In this document: piece by piece, positions 37,890 through 51,400 of the stretch
How the letters are laid out: each line of letters begins with the position of its first letter
How positions within the stretch are numbered: position 1 is the stretch's first letter
Origin: Squalus acanthias
Taxonomy: Eukaryota
DNA length: 64,000 bases
NCBI GenBank assembly: GCA_030390025.1
Contig: JASTWF010000033.1
Coordinates: 248,001 to 312,000 of the forward strand
Reading direction: 5' to 3'
Made by a program: the position numbers and the translations under genes
The notes under the pieces: generated by a model
Told to the model about the DNA's origin: nothing
Seen by the model: the letters and a program-made list of their open reading frames with translations, nothing else
Database searches by the model: none

Positions 37890-38294
37890 ATTTGGATGAT
37901 CAGCCATGATCGCATTGAATGGCGGAGCAGGCTAGACGGGCCGAATGGCCTACTCCTGCTCCTATCTTCTATGATTCTATGATTCTATGAAAGACCATAT
38001 ATGAACACTGGCCAAACCAAGTTTTGATAAGAAATGGGTTAAAACCTTGATACTCGATAAACAACTTTACACAGACATTACTGCGAGAACAAAGGAACAC
38101 ACTGAAGACTACGTCATCTGTGTCCGAGAGGTTCGAGAGACCAAGGGCTGCGAGTTACTCGTTAAACTATCGCCTGTTGTTCAGTCTATAACATTGTAAG
38201 CTTATTCAACTTCTGATCTATTGCGCAAACATACAGGTCGCCGCCTATTGGTATCTTGTCCAAGAACTCAGAGATCATTAACATCTTACAGAAG

Positions 38295-39290
38295 TGTGCA
38301 GAGGGGTCCCCAAGCGTTGTTATTGGGACCACTGCTTTTCTTGTTATATATTAGTGGACTGGATTTGGATATAGCGAATACAATTTGGAGTCTTGCAGAT
38401 GATACACAACTTGGCAACGTAGTAAATAGTGGGCATGATAGTTGCAGACATCAGGAGGACATAAACAGACTGGTGAAATGAGCAGACACATGACAGATGC
38501 AATTTAATGCTGAAAGTGTGAAGTGGTGCACTTAAGGAGAAACAACAGAGAGAGGAAGTATAAACTAAATTATACTGGTTTGACGGATTGCAGGAATGGG
38601 GGACAAATCTTTGAAGGTGGCAGGGTAAGTTGACAAGGCGGTTAAGAAAGTGTAAGGGATAATTGGCTTTGTAAATAGTGGCTTTGATTGAAAAAAAATA
38701 AGTCATGCTAAACCTTTAGAAATCTCTGGTTAGTCCTCAGCGGGCGTTTTGTGTACAACTCTGGACCCCACACTATAGGAAGGATGCCAAGGCCCTGCAG
38801 AGGGTACGGAGGAGATTTAATAGGATGAAGCCATGGATAAGGAAGCTCAATTATGCGGACAGATTGCAGAATCTGGTATTGTTCTCCTTAAACCACTGGA
38901 GGTTAAGAGGAGATATAATACAGATATTCAAAATTATGAGGGTTTTTGATAGAGCAAGATGGGAGAAACTATTTCCTGTGGCCAGTGGGTCAGGAATCGA
39001 AGGTCATAGATTTAAAATAATTGACAAAAGAACTGAGCAGACATGTCCTCACACAGAGGGTTGTTAAGATCTCGAACGCACTGCCTGAAAGAGTGGTGGA
39101 ATCAGATTCCATGGGAACTTTTAAAAGGTAATTGGACCTGTACTTGGACAGGACTAATTTGCAGGTTTATGGGTAAAAAGCTGGGAAGTGGGATTAAATT
39201 AGACAGCACTTCCACTGAGCCAGCGCAGGCGTGATGCGGAGCACGGCCTTCATTGTGCTGCAAGAGTCTATCCTTCTATGATTCTATTCT
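38295..39290 (+). mobile_element. Degenerate CR1 3' fragment
   Basis: LLGPLLFLLYI...LADDT, RLRGDII motifs, ttctatgattctat tail. Confidence 0.85.
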
Positions 39291-39479
39291 ACCCCGAACA
39301 CCCCTTTATCTTCTAATATAATTGTAAAACATTTCTCTGCTCATCTTGCTAACCCTCGCAAGTTTCTTTCCCTCCTCCCTTTTTGCAGCTCTTACCATCT
39401 GTTATGTTTCACCTTTGTTGTTCTTAATACCGATCCAAGTCCCCTTGATTTACACTATTCTCTGCATCTTTATGGCCTC

Positions 39480-42400
39480 TCTACAGAATTGATTCGGGTC
39501 CCTGGTAAAAGAACGGGTGAGTGGGATGAGTTTGGGTTTGATACGGGAATATGAGGAGAAAGTGGGGACGTGCAATTAGTGCGGAATTGATACAGGCCTG
39601 CGAGAAGAAAGCGGGTCATTGGGAGAAGTTTGGGTTTGATAGAGGGTAACAGTGAGAGAGTGAGGCAATGGAATTTATTTCGGATTGATGCATGACAATG
39701 GAGACAGCGGAAAGTGGGATTATTTTGGGATCTTTACAGGGCTATGGGGAGAGCGACAAAATGGGAATCGTTTAAGAATGCAGCAGGGCTATGGGGGAGA
39801 TAGCGGGAAGTAGAATTCGATTTAGATTGAGACAAGACCATGGGGGAAGAGCGTGGCTGTGGTATTAGTATTGGATTACAGCATTGGGAGAGAAAGAGGC
39901 AATGGGCTTAGTTTTGGATTGAAAGAGGGCTATGGAAAAGGCATAGCAGTGGGATTGGTTTAGATTGATAAAGACTATGGGGCGAGAGCTGGTCAGTGGT
40001 ATTAATTGAGGATTGATGTCGGGATACAGGGAGAGAGTGGGCAGTGCGATTCCTGCTGACTTGATACAGGGCTATGGCGAGAGAGTAACGCAGTGAGGTT
40101 AATTTAAAAAATCCTACTGGGCTATGGTGAGTGAGAGAAGGGCGGTGGGATTAGGATGGGATATTTGCACCGCTATCAAGAAAGCGGGGTAGTGGGATTG
40201 GTTTAGGAATGGAGCAGGGCTAGGAGGAGAGAGCGGGGCATTCGAATTCGTTTGGGAATGGAGCAGGGCTATGAGGAGAGAGCGGGGCAGAGGGATTGAT
40301 TTAGGAATGGAGCAGGGCAAGGAGGAGAGAGCGGGGCAGTGGGATTGGTTTAGGAATGGAGCAGGGCTAGGAGGAGAGAGCGGGGCAGTGGGATTGGTTT
40401 AGGAATGGAGCAGGGCTTGGAGGAGAGAGCGAGGCAGATTTATTGGTTTGGGAATTGATCAGGGCGTGGAGGAGAGAGCGGCGCAGTGGGATTCTTTTGG
40501 GAATGTAGCAGGGCTAGGTAGAGAGCGGGGCAGTGGGATTGGTTTAGGAATGGAGCAGGGATAGCAGGTATATGTGGGGCAGTGGGATTGGTTTATGAAT
40601 GGATAAGTGCTAGGAGGAGATAGAGGGGCAGTGGGATTGGTAAAGGAATGGAGCAGGGCGAGGAGAAGAGAGCGGGCACAGGGATTGGTTTAGGAATGGA
40701 GCATGGCTAGGAGGAGAGAGCGGGAAAGTGGGATTTATTTAGGATGGAGTAGGGCTAGTAGGAGAGAATGGGGCAGTGGGATTGTTTTAGGAATGGAGCA
40801 GGGAGGGGGGAGAGAGCGGGGCAGTGGTTTGGTTTAGGAATGGAGCAGGGCTACGAGGAGAGAGCAGGGCAGTGGGATTGGTTTAGGAATGGAGCAGAGC
40901 TAGGTGGAGAGAGAGGGGCAGTGAGATAGGTTTAGGAATGGAGTAGGTCTAGGAGGAGAGGTCGGGCAGGGGGATTGGTTTATGAATGGAGCAGATCTAA
41001 GAGGAGAGAGATGGCAGTGGGATTGGTGTAGGAATGGAACAGGCCAGGAGGAGAGAGCGGGGCAGTGGGATTGATTTTGGAATGGAGCAGGGCTAGGAGG
41101 AGGTAGCTGGGCAGTGGGATTAGTTTAGGAATGGAGCAGGGCTAGGAGGAGAGAGCGTGGCAGTGGGATTGGTTTAAGAATTGAGCAGGGTAAGGAGGAG
41201 AGAGCTGGGCAGTGGGATTAGTTTAGGAATGGAGCTGGGCTAGGAGGAGAGAGTGGGGCAGTGGGATTGGTTTGGGAATGGAGCAGGGCTAGGTGGAGAG
41301 AGAGGTGCAGTGGGATTGGTTTAGGAATGGAGCAGGGCTTGGAGGAGAGAGCCGCGCAGAGGGATTGGTTTGGAAATTGATCAGGGCTAGGAGGAGAGAG
41401 CGGGGCCGTGGGATTTGATTAGGAATGGCGCAGTACTAGGGGGAGAGAGCGGGGCAGTTGGATTGGTTTGGGAATGGAGCAGGGCTTGGAGGAGAGCACG
41501 GGGCAGTGGGACTGTATGTGGAGTGGAGCAGGGCCAGGAGGAGACAGACGGGCAGTGGGATTAGTTTAGGAAAGGAGAACGGCTAGGAGGAGAGAGCGGG
41601 GCAGTGGGATTGGTTGAAGAATGCAGCACGGCTAGAAGGAGAGAGCGGGGCAGTGGGATATGTTGGGGAATGGAGCAGGGCTAGGAGGAGAGAGCGGGGC
41701 AGTGGGATTGGTTGGGGAGTCGAGCAGGGCTAGGAGGAGAGAGCGGGGCAGTGGGATTGTTTGGGGAATGGAGCAGGGCTAGGAGGAGAGAGCGGGGAAG
41801 GGGGATAGGTTTAGGAATGGAGCAGTTCTAGGAGGAGAGAGCGGTTCAGTGGGATTGATGCAGGAATGGAACAGGGCGAGGAGGAGAGAACTTGGCAGTG
41901 GGATTGGTTAAGGAATGGAGCTGGGCTAGGAGGAGAGAGCGGGGCAGTGGGATTGTTGTAGGAATGGAGAAGGGCTAGGAGGAGAGATGGGGCAGTGGGA
42001 ATAGTTTAGGAATGGTGCAGGGCTTGGAGGAGAGAGCGGGGCTGTCGAATTAGTTTAGGAATAGAGCAGGGCTAGGAGGAGAGAGCGGGGCAGTGGGATT
42101 GGTTGGGGAATGGAGCAGGGCTTGGAGGAGAGAGCGGGGCAGTGGGATTGGTTGGGGAATGGAGCAGGGCTTGGAGGAGAGAGCGGGGCAGTGGGATATG
42201 TTTAGGAATGGAGCAGAGCTAGGATCAGAGAAAGGGGCAGTGGGATTGGTTAAGGAATGGAGCAGGGCTAGGAGGAGAGAGCGGGGCAGTGGGATATGTT
42301 TAGGAATGGAGCAGAGCTAGGATCAGAGAAAGGGGCAGTGGGATTGTTGTAGGAATGGAGAAGTGCTAGGAGGAGAGAGCGGGGCAGTGGGATTAGTTTA

Positions 42401-45400
42401 GGAATGGAGCAGGACTAGGAGGAGAGAGCGGGGCAGTGGGATTGGTTTAGGAATGGAGCAGGACTAGGAGGAGAGAGCGGGGCAGTGGGATTGGTTTAGG
42501 AATGGAGCAGGACTAGGAGGAGAGAGCGGGGCAGTGGGATTGGTTTAGGAATGGAGCAGGGCTAGGAGGAGAGAGCGGGTCTGTGGGATTGGTTGAGCAA
42601 TGGAGCAGGGCTAGGAGGTGAGAGCGGGGCAGTGGGATTGGTTGAGGAATGAGCAGGGCTTGGAGGAGAGAGCGGGGCAGTGGGATTGGTTTAGGAATGG
42701 AGCAGGGCTAGGAGGGGAGAGCGGGGCAGTGGGATTGGATTAGGAATGGAGCAGGGCTAGGAGGAGAGAGCGGGGCAGTGGGATTGGTTGAGGAATGGAG
42801 CAGGGCTTGGAGGAGAGATCGGGGCAGGGTTATTGGTTTAGGAATGGAGCAGGTCTAGGAGGAGAGAGCGGGGCAGTGGATTGGTTTAGGAATGGAGAAG
42901 TGCTCGGAGGAGAGAGCGGGAAATTGGGATAGGTTTAGGAATGGAGCAGGGCTAGGAGGATAGAGCGGGGCAGTGGGATTGGTTGAGGAATGGAGCAGGG
43001 CTAGGAGGGAAGAGCGGGGCAGTGGGATTGGTTTAGGAATGGAGCAGGGCTAGGAGGGGAGAGCGGGGCAGTGGGATTGGATTAGGAATGTAACTGGGCT
43101 AGGAGGAGAGAGCGGGGCAGTGGGATTGGTTGGGGAGTCGAGCAGGGCTAGAAGGAGAGATCGGGGCAGTGTGATTGGTTGTGGAATGAAGCAGGGATTG
43201 GAGGAGAGAGCGGGGCAGTGGGATTGTTTGGGGAATGGAGCCAGTCTAGGAGGAGAGAGCGGGGCAGTGGTTTTGGTTGGGGAATGGAGCAGGGCTAGGA
43301 GGTGAGAGCTTGGCTGTGGGATTGGTTTAGGAATGGGGCAGGGCTACGAGGATATAGCGGGGCATGTGGGATTGGCTGGGGAATGGAGCAGGACTCGGAG
43401 GAGAGAGTGGGGCAGTGGGATTGGTTGAAGAATGCAGAACGGCTAGAAGGAGAGAGCGGGGCAGTGGGATATGTTGGGGAATGGAGCAGGGCTAGGAGGA
43501 GAGAGCGGGGCAGTGGGATTGGTTGGTGAGTCGAGCAGGGCTAGGAGGAGAGAGCGGGGCAGTGGGATTGGTTTGGGAATGGAGCAAGGCTAGGAGGAGA
43601 GAGCGGGGCAGTGGGATTGGTTGGTGAGTCGAGCAGGGCTAGGAGGAGAGAGCGGGGCAGTGGGATTGGTTGGGGAATGGAGCAGGGCTAGAAGGAGAGA
43701 GCGGGGCAGTGGGATTGGTTCGGGGGTGGAGCACGGCTAGGATGAGAGAGCGGGGCAGTGGGATTGGTTGGGGAATGGAGCAGGGCTTGGAGGACAGAGC
43801 GGGGCAGGGGGATTGGTTTAGGAATGGAGCAGGTCTAGGAGGACAGAGCGGTTCAGTGGGATTGATGCAGGAATGGAACAGGGCGAGGAGGAGAGAACTT
43901 GGCAGTGGGATTGGTTAAGGAATGGAGCAGGGCTAGGAGGGGAGAGTGGGGCAGTGGGATTGTTGTAGGAATGGAGAAGGGCTAGGAGGAGACAGCGGGG
44001 CAGTGGGATTAGTTTAGGAATGGTGCAGGGCTTGGAGGAGAGAGCGGGGCTGTCGAATTCGTTTAGGAATAGAGCAGGGCTAGGAGGAGAGAGCGGGGCA
44101 GTGGGACTTTTTGGGGAATGGAGCAGGGCTAGGAGGAGAGAGCGGGGCAGTGGGATTGGTTGGGGAATGGAGCAGGGCTTGGAGGAGAGAACGGGGCAGT
44201 GGGATTTGTTTAGGAATGGAGCATAGCTAGGATCAGAGAAAGGGGCAGTGGGATTGTTGTAGGAATGGAGCAGGGCTAGGAGGCGACAGCCGGACAGTGG
44301 GCTTGGTTTGTGAATGGATCAGGGCTAGGAGGATAGAGCGGGGCAGTGGGATTGCTTGAGGAATGGAGCAGGGCTAGGAGGGGAGAGCGGGGCAGTGGGA
44401 TTGGTTGGGGAATGGAGCAGGGCTAGGAGGGGAGAGCGTGGCCGTGGGATTGGATTAGGAATGGAGCAGAATTTGGAGGAGAGAGCGGGGCAGTGGGAGT
44501 GGTTGGGGATTGGAGCAGGACTAGGAGGAGAGAGCGGGGCAGTGGGATTGGTTGGGAAATGGAGCAGGGCAAGAAGGAGAGAGCGGGGCAGTGGGATTGG
44601 TTGGGGAATGGAGCAGAATTTGGAGGAGAGAGCGGGGCAGTGGGATTGGTTGGGGAGTCGAGCAGGGCTAGGAGGAGAGAGCGGGGCAGTGGGATTGCTT
44701 GGGGAATGGAGCAGGGCTAGAAGGAGAAAGTAGGGCAGTGGGATTGGTTCGGGTGTGGAGCACGGATAGGAAGAGAGAGCGTGGCAGTGGGATTGGTTTG
44801 GGAATGGAGCAGGGCTAGGAGGAGAGAGCGGGGCAGTGGGATTGGTTGGGGAATGGAGCAGGGCTTGGAGGAGAGAGCGGGGCAGTGGGATATGTTTAGG
44901 AATGGAGCAGAGCTAGGATCAGAGAAAGGGGCAGTGGGATTGGTTAAGGAATGGAGCAGGGCTAGGAGGAGAGAGCGGGGCAGTGGGATATGTTTAGGAA
45001 TGGAGCAGAGCTAGGATCAGAGAAAGGGGCAGTGGGATTGTTGTAGGAATGGAGAAGTGCTAGGAGGAGAGAGCGGGGCAGTGGGATTAGTTTAGGAATG
45101 GAGCAGGACTAGGAGGAGAGAGCGGGGCAGTGGGATTGGTTTAGGAATGGAGCAGGACTAGGAGGAGAGAGCGGAGCAGTGGGATTGGTTTAGGAATGGA
45201 GCAGGACTAGGAGGAGAGAGCGGGGCAGTGGGATTGGTTTAGGAATGGAGCAGGGCTAGGAGGTGAGAGCGGGTCTGTGGGATTGGTTGAGCAATGGAGC
45301 AGGGCTAGGAGGTGAGAGCGGGGCAGTGGGATTGGTTGAGGAATGAGCAGGGCTTGGAGGAGAGAGCGGGGCAGTGGGATTGGTTTAGGAATGGAGCAGG

Positions 45401-48400
45401 GCTAGGAGGGGAGAGCGGGGCAGTGGGATTGGATTAGAAATGGAGCAGGGCTAGGAGGAGAGAGCGGGGCAGTGGGATTGGTTGAGGAATGGAGCAGGGC
45501 TTGGAGGAGAGATCGGGGCAGGGTTATTGGTTTAGGAATGGAGCAGGTCTAGGAGGAGAGAGCGGGGCAGTGGGATTGGTTTAGGAATGGAGAAGTGCTC
45601 GGAGGAGAGAGCGGGAAATTGGGATAGGTTTAGGAATGGAGCAGGGCTAGGAGGATAGAGCGGGGCAGTGGGATTGGTTGAGGAATGGAGCAGGGCTAGG
45701 AGGGAAGAGCGGGGCAGTGGGATTGGTTTAGGAATGGAGCAGGGCTAGGAGGGGAGAGCGGGGCAGTGGGATTGGGTTAGGAATGTAACTGGGCTAGGAG
45801 GAGAGAGCGGGGCAGTGGGATTGGTTGGGGAGTCGAGCAGGGCTAGAAGGAGAGATCGGGGCAGTGTGATTGGTTGTGGAATGAAGCAGGGATTGGAGGA
45901 GAGAGCGGGGCAGTGGGATTGTTTGGGGAATGGAGCCAGTCTAGGAGGAGAGAGCGGGGCAGTGGTTTTGGTTGGGGAATGGAGCAGGGCTAGGAGGTGA
46001 GAGCTTGGCTGTGGGATTGGTTTAGGAATGGGGCAGGGCTACGAGGATATAGCGGGGCATGTGGGATTGGCTGGGGAATGGAGCAGGACTCGGAGCAGAG
46101 AGTGGGGCAGTGGGATTGGTTGAAGAATGCAGCACGGCTAGAAGGAGAGAGCGGGGCAGTGGGATATGTTGGGGAATGGAGCAGGGCTAGGAGGAGAGAG
46201 CGGGGCAGTGGGATTAGTTTAGGAATGGTGCAGGGCTTGGAGGAGAGAGCGGGGCTGTCGAATTAGTTTAGGAATAGAGCAGGGCTAGGAGGAGAGAGCG
46301 GGGCAATTGGACTTTTTGGGGAATGGAGCAGGGCTAGGAGGAGAGAGCGGGGCAGTGGGATTGATTGAGGAATGGAGCTGGGCTAGGAGGAGAGAACGGG
46401 GCAGTGGGATTGGTTAAGGAATGGAGCAGGGCTAGGAGAAGAGAGCGGGTCAGTGGGATATGTTTAGGAATGGAGAAGGGCTAGGAGGATAGAGCGGGGC
46501 AGTGGGAATAGTTTAGGAATGGAGCAGGGGTAGGATGAGTGAGCGGGGCAGTGGGATTGGTTTAGGAATAGAGCAGGGCTAGGAGGAGAGAGCGGGGCAG
46601 TGGGATTGGTTGAGGAATGGAGCAGGGCTTGGAGGGGAGAGCGGGGCAGTGGGATTGGTTGAGGAATGGAGCAGGGCTAGGAGGAGAGAGCGGGGCAGTG
46701 GGATTGGTTGAGGAATGGAGCAGGGCTAGGAGGAGAGAGCGGGGCAGTGGGATTGGTTGAGGAATGGAGCAGGGCTAGGAGGAGAGAGATGGGCAGTTTG
46801 GATTGGTTTTGTAATGGACCAGGGCTAGGTTGAGAGTGCGGGGCAGTGGAATTAGTTTAGGAATGGAGCAGGGCTAAGAGGAGAGAGCGGGGCAGTGGGA
46901 TTATTGGGGGAATGGAGCAGGGCTAGGACGCGACAGACGGACAGTGGGATTGTTTTAGGAATTGAGCAGGGCTAGGAGGAGAGAGCGGGGTAGTGGCATT
47001 GGTTTGGGAATGGAGCAGGGCGAGGACGATAGAGCGGGGCTGTGGGATTGGTTTAGGAATGGAGCAGGGCTTGGAGGAGAGAGCGGGGCAGTGGGATTGG
47101 TTTGGGACTTGATCAGGGCTAGGAGGGGAGAGCAGGGCCGTGGGATTCATTTGGGAATGGAGCAGGGCTAGGAGAATGGAGCGGGGCAATGGGATTGGTT
47201 TGGGAATGGAGCAGGGCTAGGAGGAGAGACGGGGCAGTGGGAATGTTTTGGGAATGGAGCAGGGCTAGGACGAGAAAGCGGGGCAGTGGGATTTGTTTAG
47301 GAATGGGGCAGTACTAGGACGAGAGAGCGGGGCACTGGGATTGGTTTGGGAATGGAGCAGGGCTAGGTGGAGAGAGCGGTTCAGTGAGATAGGTTTAGGA
47401 ATAGAACAGGGCTAGGAGGAGAGAGCGGGTCAGTGGGATTGGTTTAGGAATGGAACAGGGCTCGGAGGAGAGTGCGGGGCAGTGGTATTGGTTTTGGAAT
47501 GGAGCAGGGCTAGGAGGAGTATAAAGCAGGGCAGTGGGATTGGTTTAGGAATGGAGCAGGGCTCGGACGAGAGAGCGGGACAGTGGGATTGGTTTAGGAA
47601 TGGAGCAGGGCTAGGAGGAGAGAGCGGGGCAGTGGGATTGGTTGGCGAATGGAGCAAGCTTAGGAGGAGAGAGTGGGGCAGTGGTATTGGTTTGGGAATG
47701 TTGCAGGGCTAGGAGGAGAGAGCGGGGCAGTTTGATTCTTTTGGGAATGGAGCACGGCTAGGTAGAGAGCGGGGCAGTGGGATTGGTTTAGGAATGGAAC
47801 AGGGCTAGGATGAGAGAGCGGAGCAGTGGGATTGGTTTAGGAATGGAGCAGGGCTAGGAGGAGAGAGCGGGACAGTGGGATTGGTTGGCGAATGGAGCAA
47901 GCTTAGGAGGAGAGAGTGGGGCAGTGGGATTGGTTTGGGAATGTTGCAGGGCTAGGAGGAGAAAGCGGGGCAGTGGGATTCTTTTGGGAATGGAGCAGGG
48001 CTAGGAGGAGAGAGCTGGGCAGTGGGATTGGTTTAGGAATGGTGCTGGGCTAGGAGGAGAGAGCGGGAGAGTGGGTTTGGTTCCGAAATGGAGCAGGGCT
48101 AGGAGTAGAGAGCGGGAGAGTGGGATTGGTTTAGGAATGGAGCAGGGCTTGGAGTAGAGAGCGAGAGAGTGGGTTTGGTTTCGGAATGGAGCAGGGCTAG
48201 GAGCAGAGAGCGGGCGAGTGGGATTGGTTTAGGAATGGAGCAGGGCTACGAGTAGAGGGCAGGAGAGTGGGATTGGTTTCGGAATGCAGCAGTGCTTCGA
48301 AGATAGAGCGTGGCAGTGGGATTGATTTGGAAATGGAGCAGGGCTCAGAGGAGAGAGCGGGGCAGTGGAATTGCTTTTGGAATGCAGCAGTGGTAGGAGG

Positions 48401-51400
48401 AGGGAGCGGGGCAGTGGGATTAGTTTAGGAATGGAGCATTGCTCGGAGGAGCGAGCGGGACAGAGGGATTGGTTTAGGAATCGAGCAGGTTTAGGAGGAG
48501 AGAGAGGGGCAGTGGGATAGCTTTAGGAATGGAGAAGGGCTAGGAGGAGACAGCGGGGCAGTGGGCTTGGTTTGGGAATGAAGCAGTGCTAGGAGGAGAG
48601 AGCGGGGCAGTGGGATTAGTTTAGGAAAGGTGCAGGACTAGGAGGAGAGAGCGGGGCAGTGGGATTGGTTGGGGAATGGAGCAGGGCTAGGAGGAGAGAG
48701 CGGGTCAGTTGGATTGGTTGAGGAATGAGCAGGGCTAGGAGGAGAGAGCGGGGCAGTGGGATTGGATTAGGAATGAGCAGGGCTAGGAGGGGAGAGCGGG
48801 GCAGTGGGATTGGATTAGGAATGGAGCAGGGCTAGGAGGTGAGAGCGGGGCAGTGGGATTGGTTGAGGAATGAGCAGGGCTAGGAGGGGAGAGCGGGGCA
48901 GTGGGATTGGATTAGGAATGGAGCAGGGCTAGGAGGTGAGAGCGGGGCAGTGGGATTGGTTGAGGAATGAGCAGGGCTAGGAGGAGAGAGCGGGGCAGTA
49001 GGATTGGTTGAGGAATGGAGCAGGGCTAGGAGGGAAGAGCGGGGCAGTGGGATTGGTTTAGGAATGGAGCAGGGCTAGGAGGGGAGAGCGGGGCAGTGGG
49101 ATTGGTTTAGGAATGGAGCAGGGCTAGGAGGAGAGAGTGGGGCAGTGGGATTGATTGAAGAATGCAGCACGGCTAGAAGGAGAGAGCGGGGCAGTGGGAT
49201 ATGTTGGGGAATGGAGCAAGTCTAGGAGGAGAGAGCGGGGCAGTGGGATTGGTTGGTGAGTCGAGCAGGGCTAGGAGGAGAGAGCGGGGCAGTGGGATTG
49301 GTTGGGGAATGGAGCAGGGCTAGAAGGAGAGAGTGGGGCAGTGGGATTGGTTCGGGTGTGGAGCACGGCTAGGAGTAGAGAGCGGGGCAGTGCGATTGGT
49401 TGGGGAATGGAGCAGGGCTTGGAGGAGAGAGCGGGGCAGGGGGATTGGTTTAGGAATGGAGCAGGTGTAGGAGGAGAGAGCGGTTCAGTGGGATTGATGC
49501 AGGAATGGAACAGGGCGAGGAGGAGATAACTTGGCAGTGGGATTGGTTAAGGAATGGAGCAGGGCTAGGAGGAGAGAGCGGGGCAGTGGGATTGTTGTAG
49601 GAATGGAGAAGGGCTAGGAGGAGAGAGCGGGGCAGTGGGATAAGTTTAGGAATGGTGCAGGGCTTGGAGGAGAGAGCGGGGCTGTCGAATTAGTTTAGGA
49701 ATAGAGCAGGGCTAGGAGGAGAGAGCGGGGCAGTGGGACTTTTTGGGGAATGGAGCAGGGCTAGGAGGAGAGAGCGGGGCAGTGGGACTTTTTGGGGAAT
49801 GGAGCAGGGCTAGGAGGAGAGAGCGGGGCAGTGGGATTGGATGGGGAATGGAGCAGGGCTTGCAGGAGAGAACGGGGCAGTGGGATTGGTTAAGGAATGG
49901 AACAGGGCTAGGAGGAGAGAGCGGGGCAGTGGGATTTGTTTAGGAATGGAGCAGAGCTAGGATCAGAGAAAGGGGCAGTGGGATTGTTGTAGGAATGGAG
50001 AAGGTCTAGGAGGAGAGAGCGGGGCAGTGGGATTAGTTTAGGAATAGAGCAGGGCTACGAGGAGAGAGCGGGGCAGTGGGATTTTTTGGGGAATGGAGCA
50101 GGGCTAGGAGGAGAGAGCGGGGCAGTGGGATTTGTTGGGGAATGGAGCAGGGCTAGGAGGCGACAGCCGGACAGTGGGCTTGGTTTGTGAATGGATCAGG
50201 GCTAGGAGGATAGAGCGGGGCAGTTGTATTGCTTGAGGAATGGAGCAGGGCTAGGAGGGGAGAGCGGGGCAGTGGGCTTGGTTGGGGAATGGAGCAGGGC
50301 TAGGAGGGGAGAGCGGGGCCGTGGGATTGGATTAGGAATGGAGCTGGGCTAGGAGGATTTAGCGGGGCCTGTGGGATTGGTTGGGGATTGGAGCAGGACT
50401 AGGAGGAGAGAGCGGGGCAGTGGGATTGGTTGGGGAGACGAGCAGGGCTAGGAGGTGAGAGCGGGGCAGTGGGATTGGTTGGGGAATGGAGCAGAATTTG
50501 GAGGAGAGAGCGGGGCAGTGGGATTGGTTGAGGAGTCTGCCAGGGCTAGGAGGAGAGAGCGGGGCAGTGGGATTGCTTGGGGAATGGAGCAGGGCTAGAA
50601 GGAGAGAATGAGGCAGCGGGATTGGTTCGGGTGTGGAGCAGTTCTTGGAGGAGAGAGCGGGGCGGTGGGCTTGGTTGGGAAATGGAGCAGCGATTGGAGG
50701 AGAGAGCGGGATTGTGGTTTTGGTTGTGGAATGGAGCAGGGCTGGGAGGCGAGAGCGGGACAGAGGGATTGGTTTAGGAATCGAGCAGGTTTAGGAGGAG
50801 AGAGCAGGGCAGTGGGATTGCTTGAGGAATGGAGCAGGGCTAGGAGGGGAGAGCGGGGCAGTGGGCTTGTTTTGGGAATTAAGCAGTGCTAGGAGGAGAG
50901 AGCGGGACAGTGGGACATGTTGGGGAAAGGAGCAAGGCTAGAAGGAGAGAGTGGGGCAGTGGGATTGGTTCGGGTGTGGAGCACGGCTAGGAGGAGAGAG
51001 CGGGGCAGTGGGATTGGTTGGGGAATGGAGCAGGGCTTGGAGGAGAGAGCGGGGCAGGGGGATTGGTTTAGGAATGGAGCATGTCTAGGAGGAGAGAACT
51101 TGGCAGTGGGATTGGTTAAGGAATGGAGCAGGGCTAGGAGGAGAGAGTGGGGCAGTGGGCTTGTTTTGGGAATTAAGCAGTGCTAGGAGGAAAGAGCGGG
51201 ACAGTGGGACATGTTGGGGAAAGGAGCAAGGCTAGGAGGAGAGAGTGGGGCAGTGGGCTTGTTTTGGGAATTAAGCAGTGCTAGGAGGAGAGAGCGGGAC
51301 AGTGGGACATGTTGGGGAAAGGAGCAAGGCTAGGAGGAGAGAGCGGGGCAGTGGGATTGGTTGGGGAGTCGAGCAGGGCTAGGAGGAGAGAGCGGGGCAG

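Larger units (their letters stand above)
33618..37990 (+). mobile_element. Near full-length CR1 LINE (5' UTR, ORF1, ORF2, 3' UTR), inactivated
   Basis: ORF1 zinc finger + esterase, ORF2 endonuclease + RT, (TTCTATGA)3 tail at 37967-37990. Confidence 0.96.
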
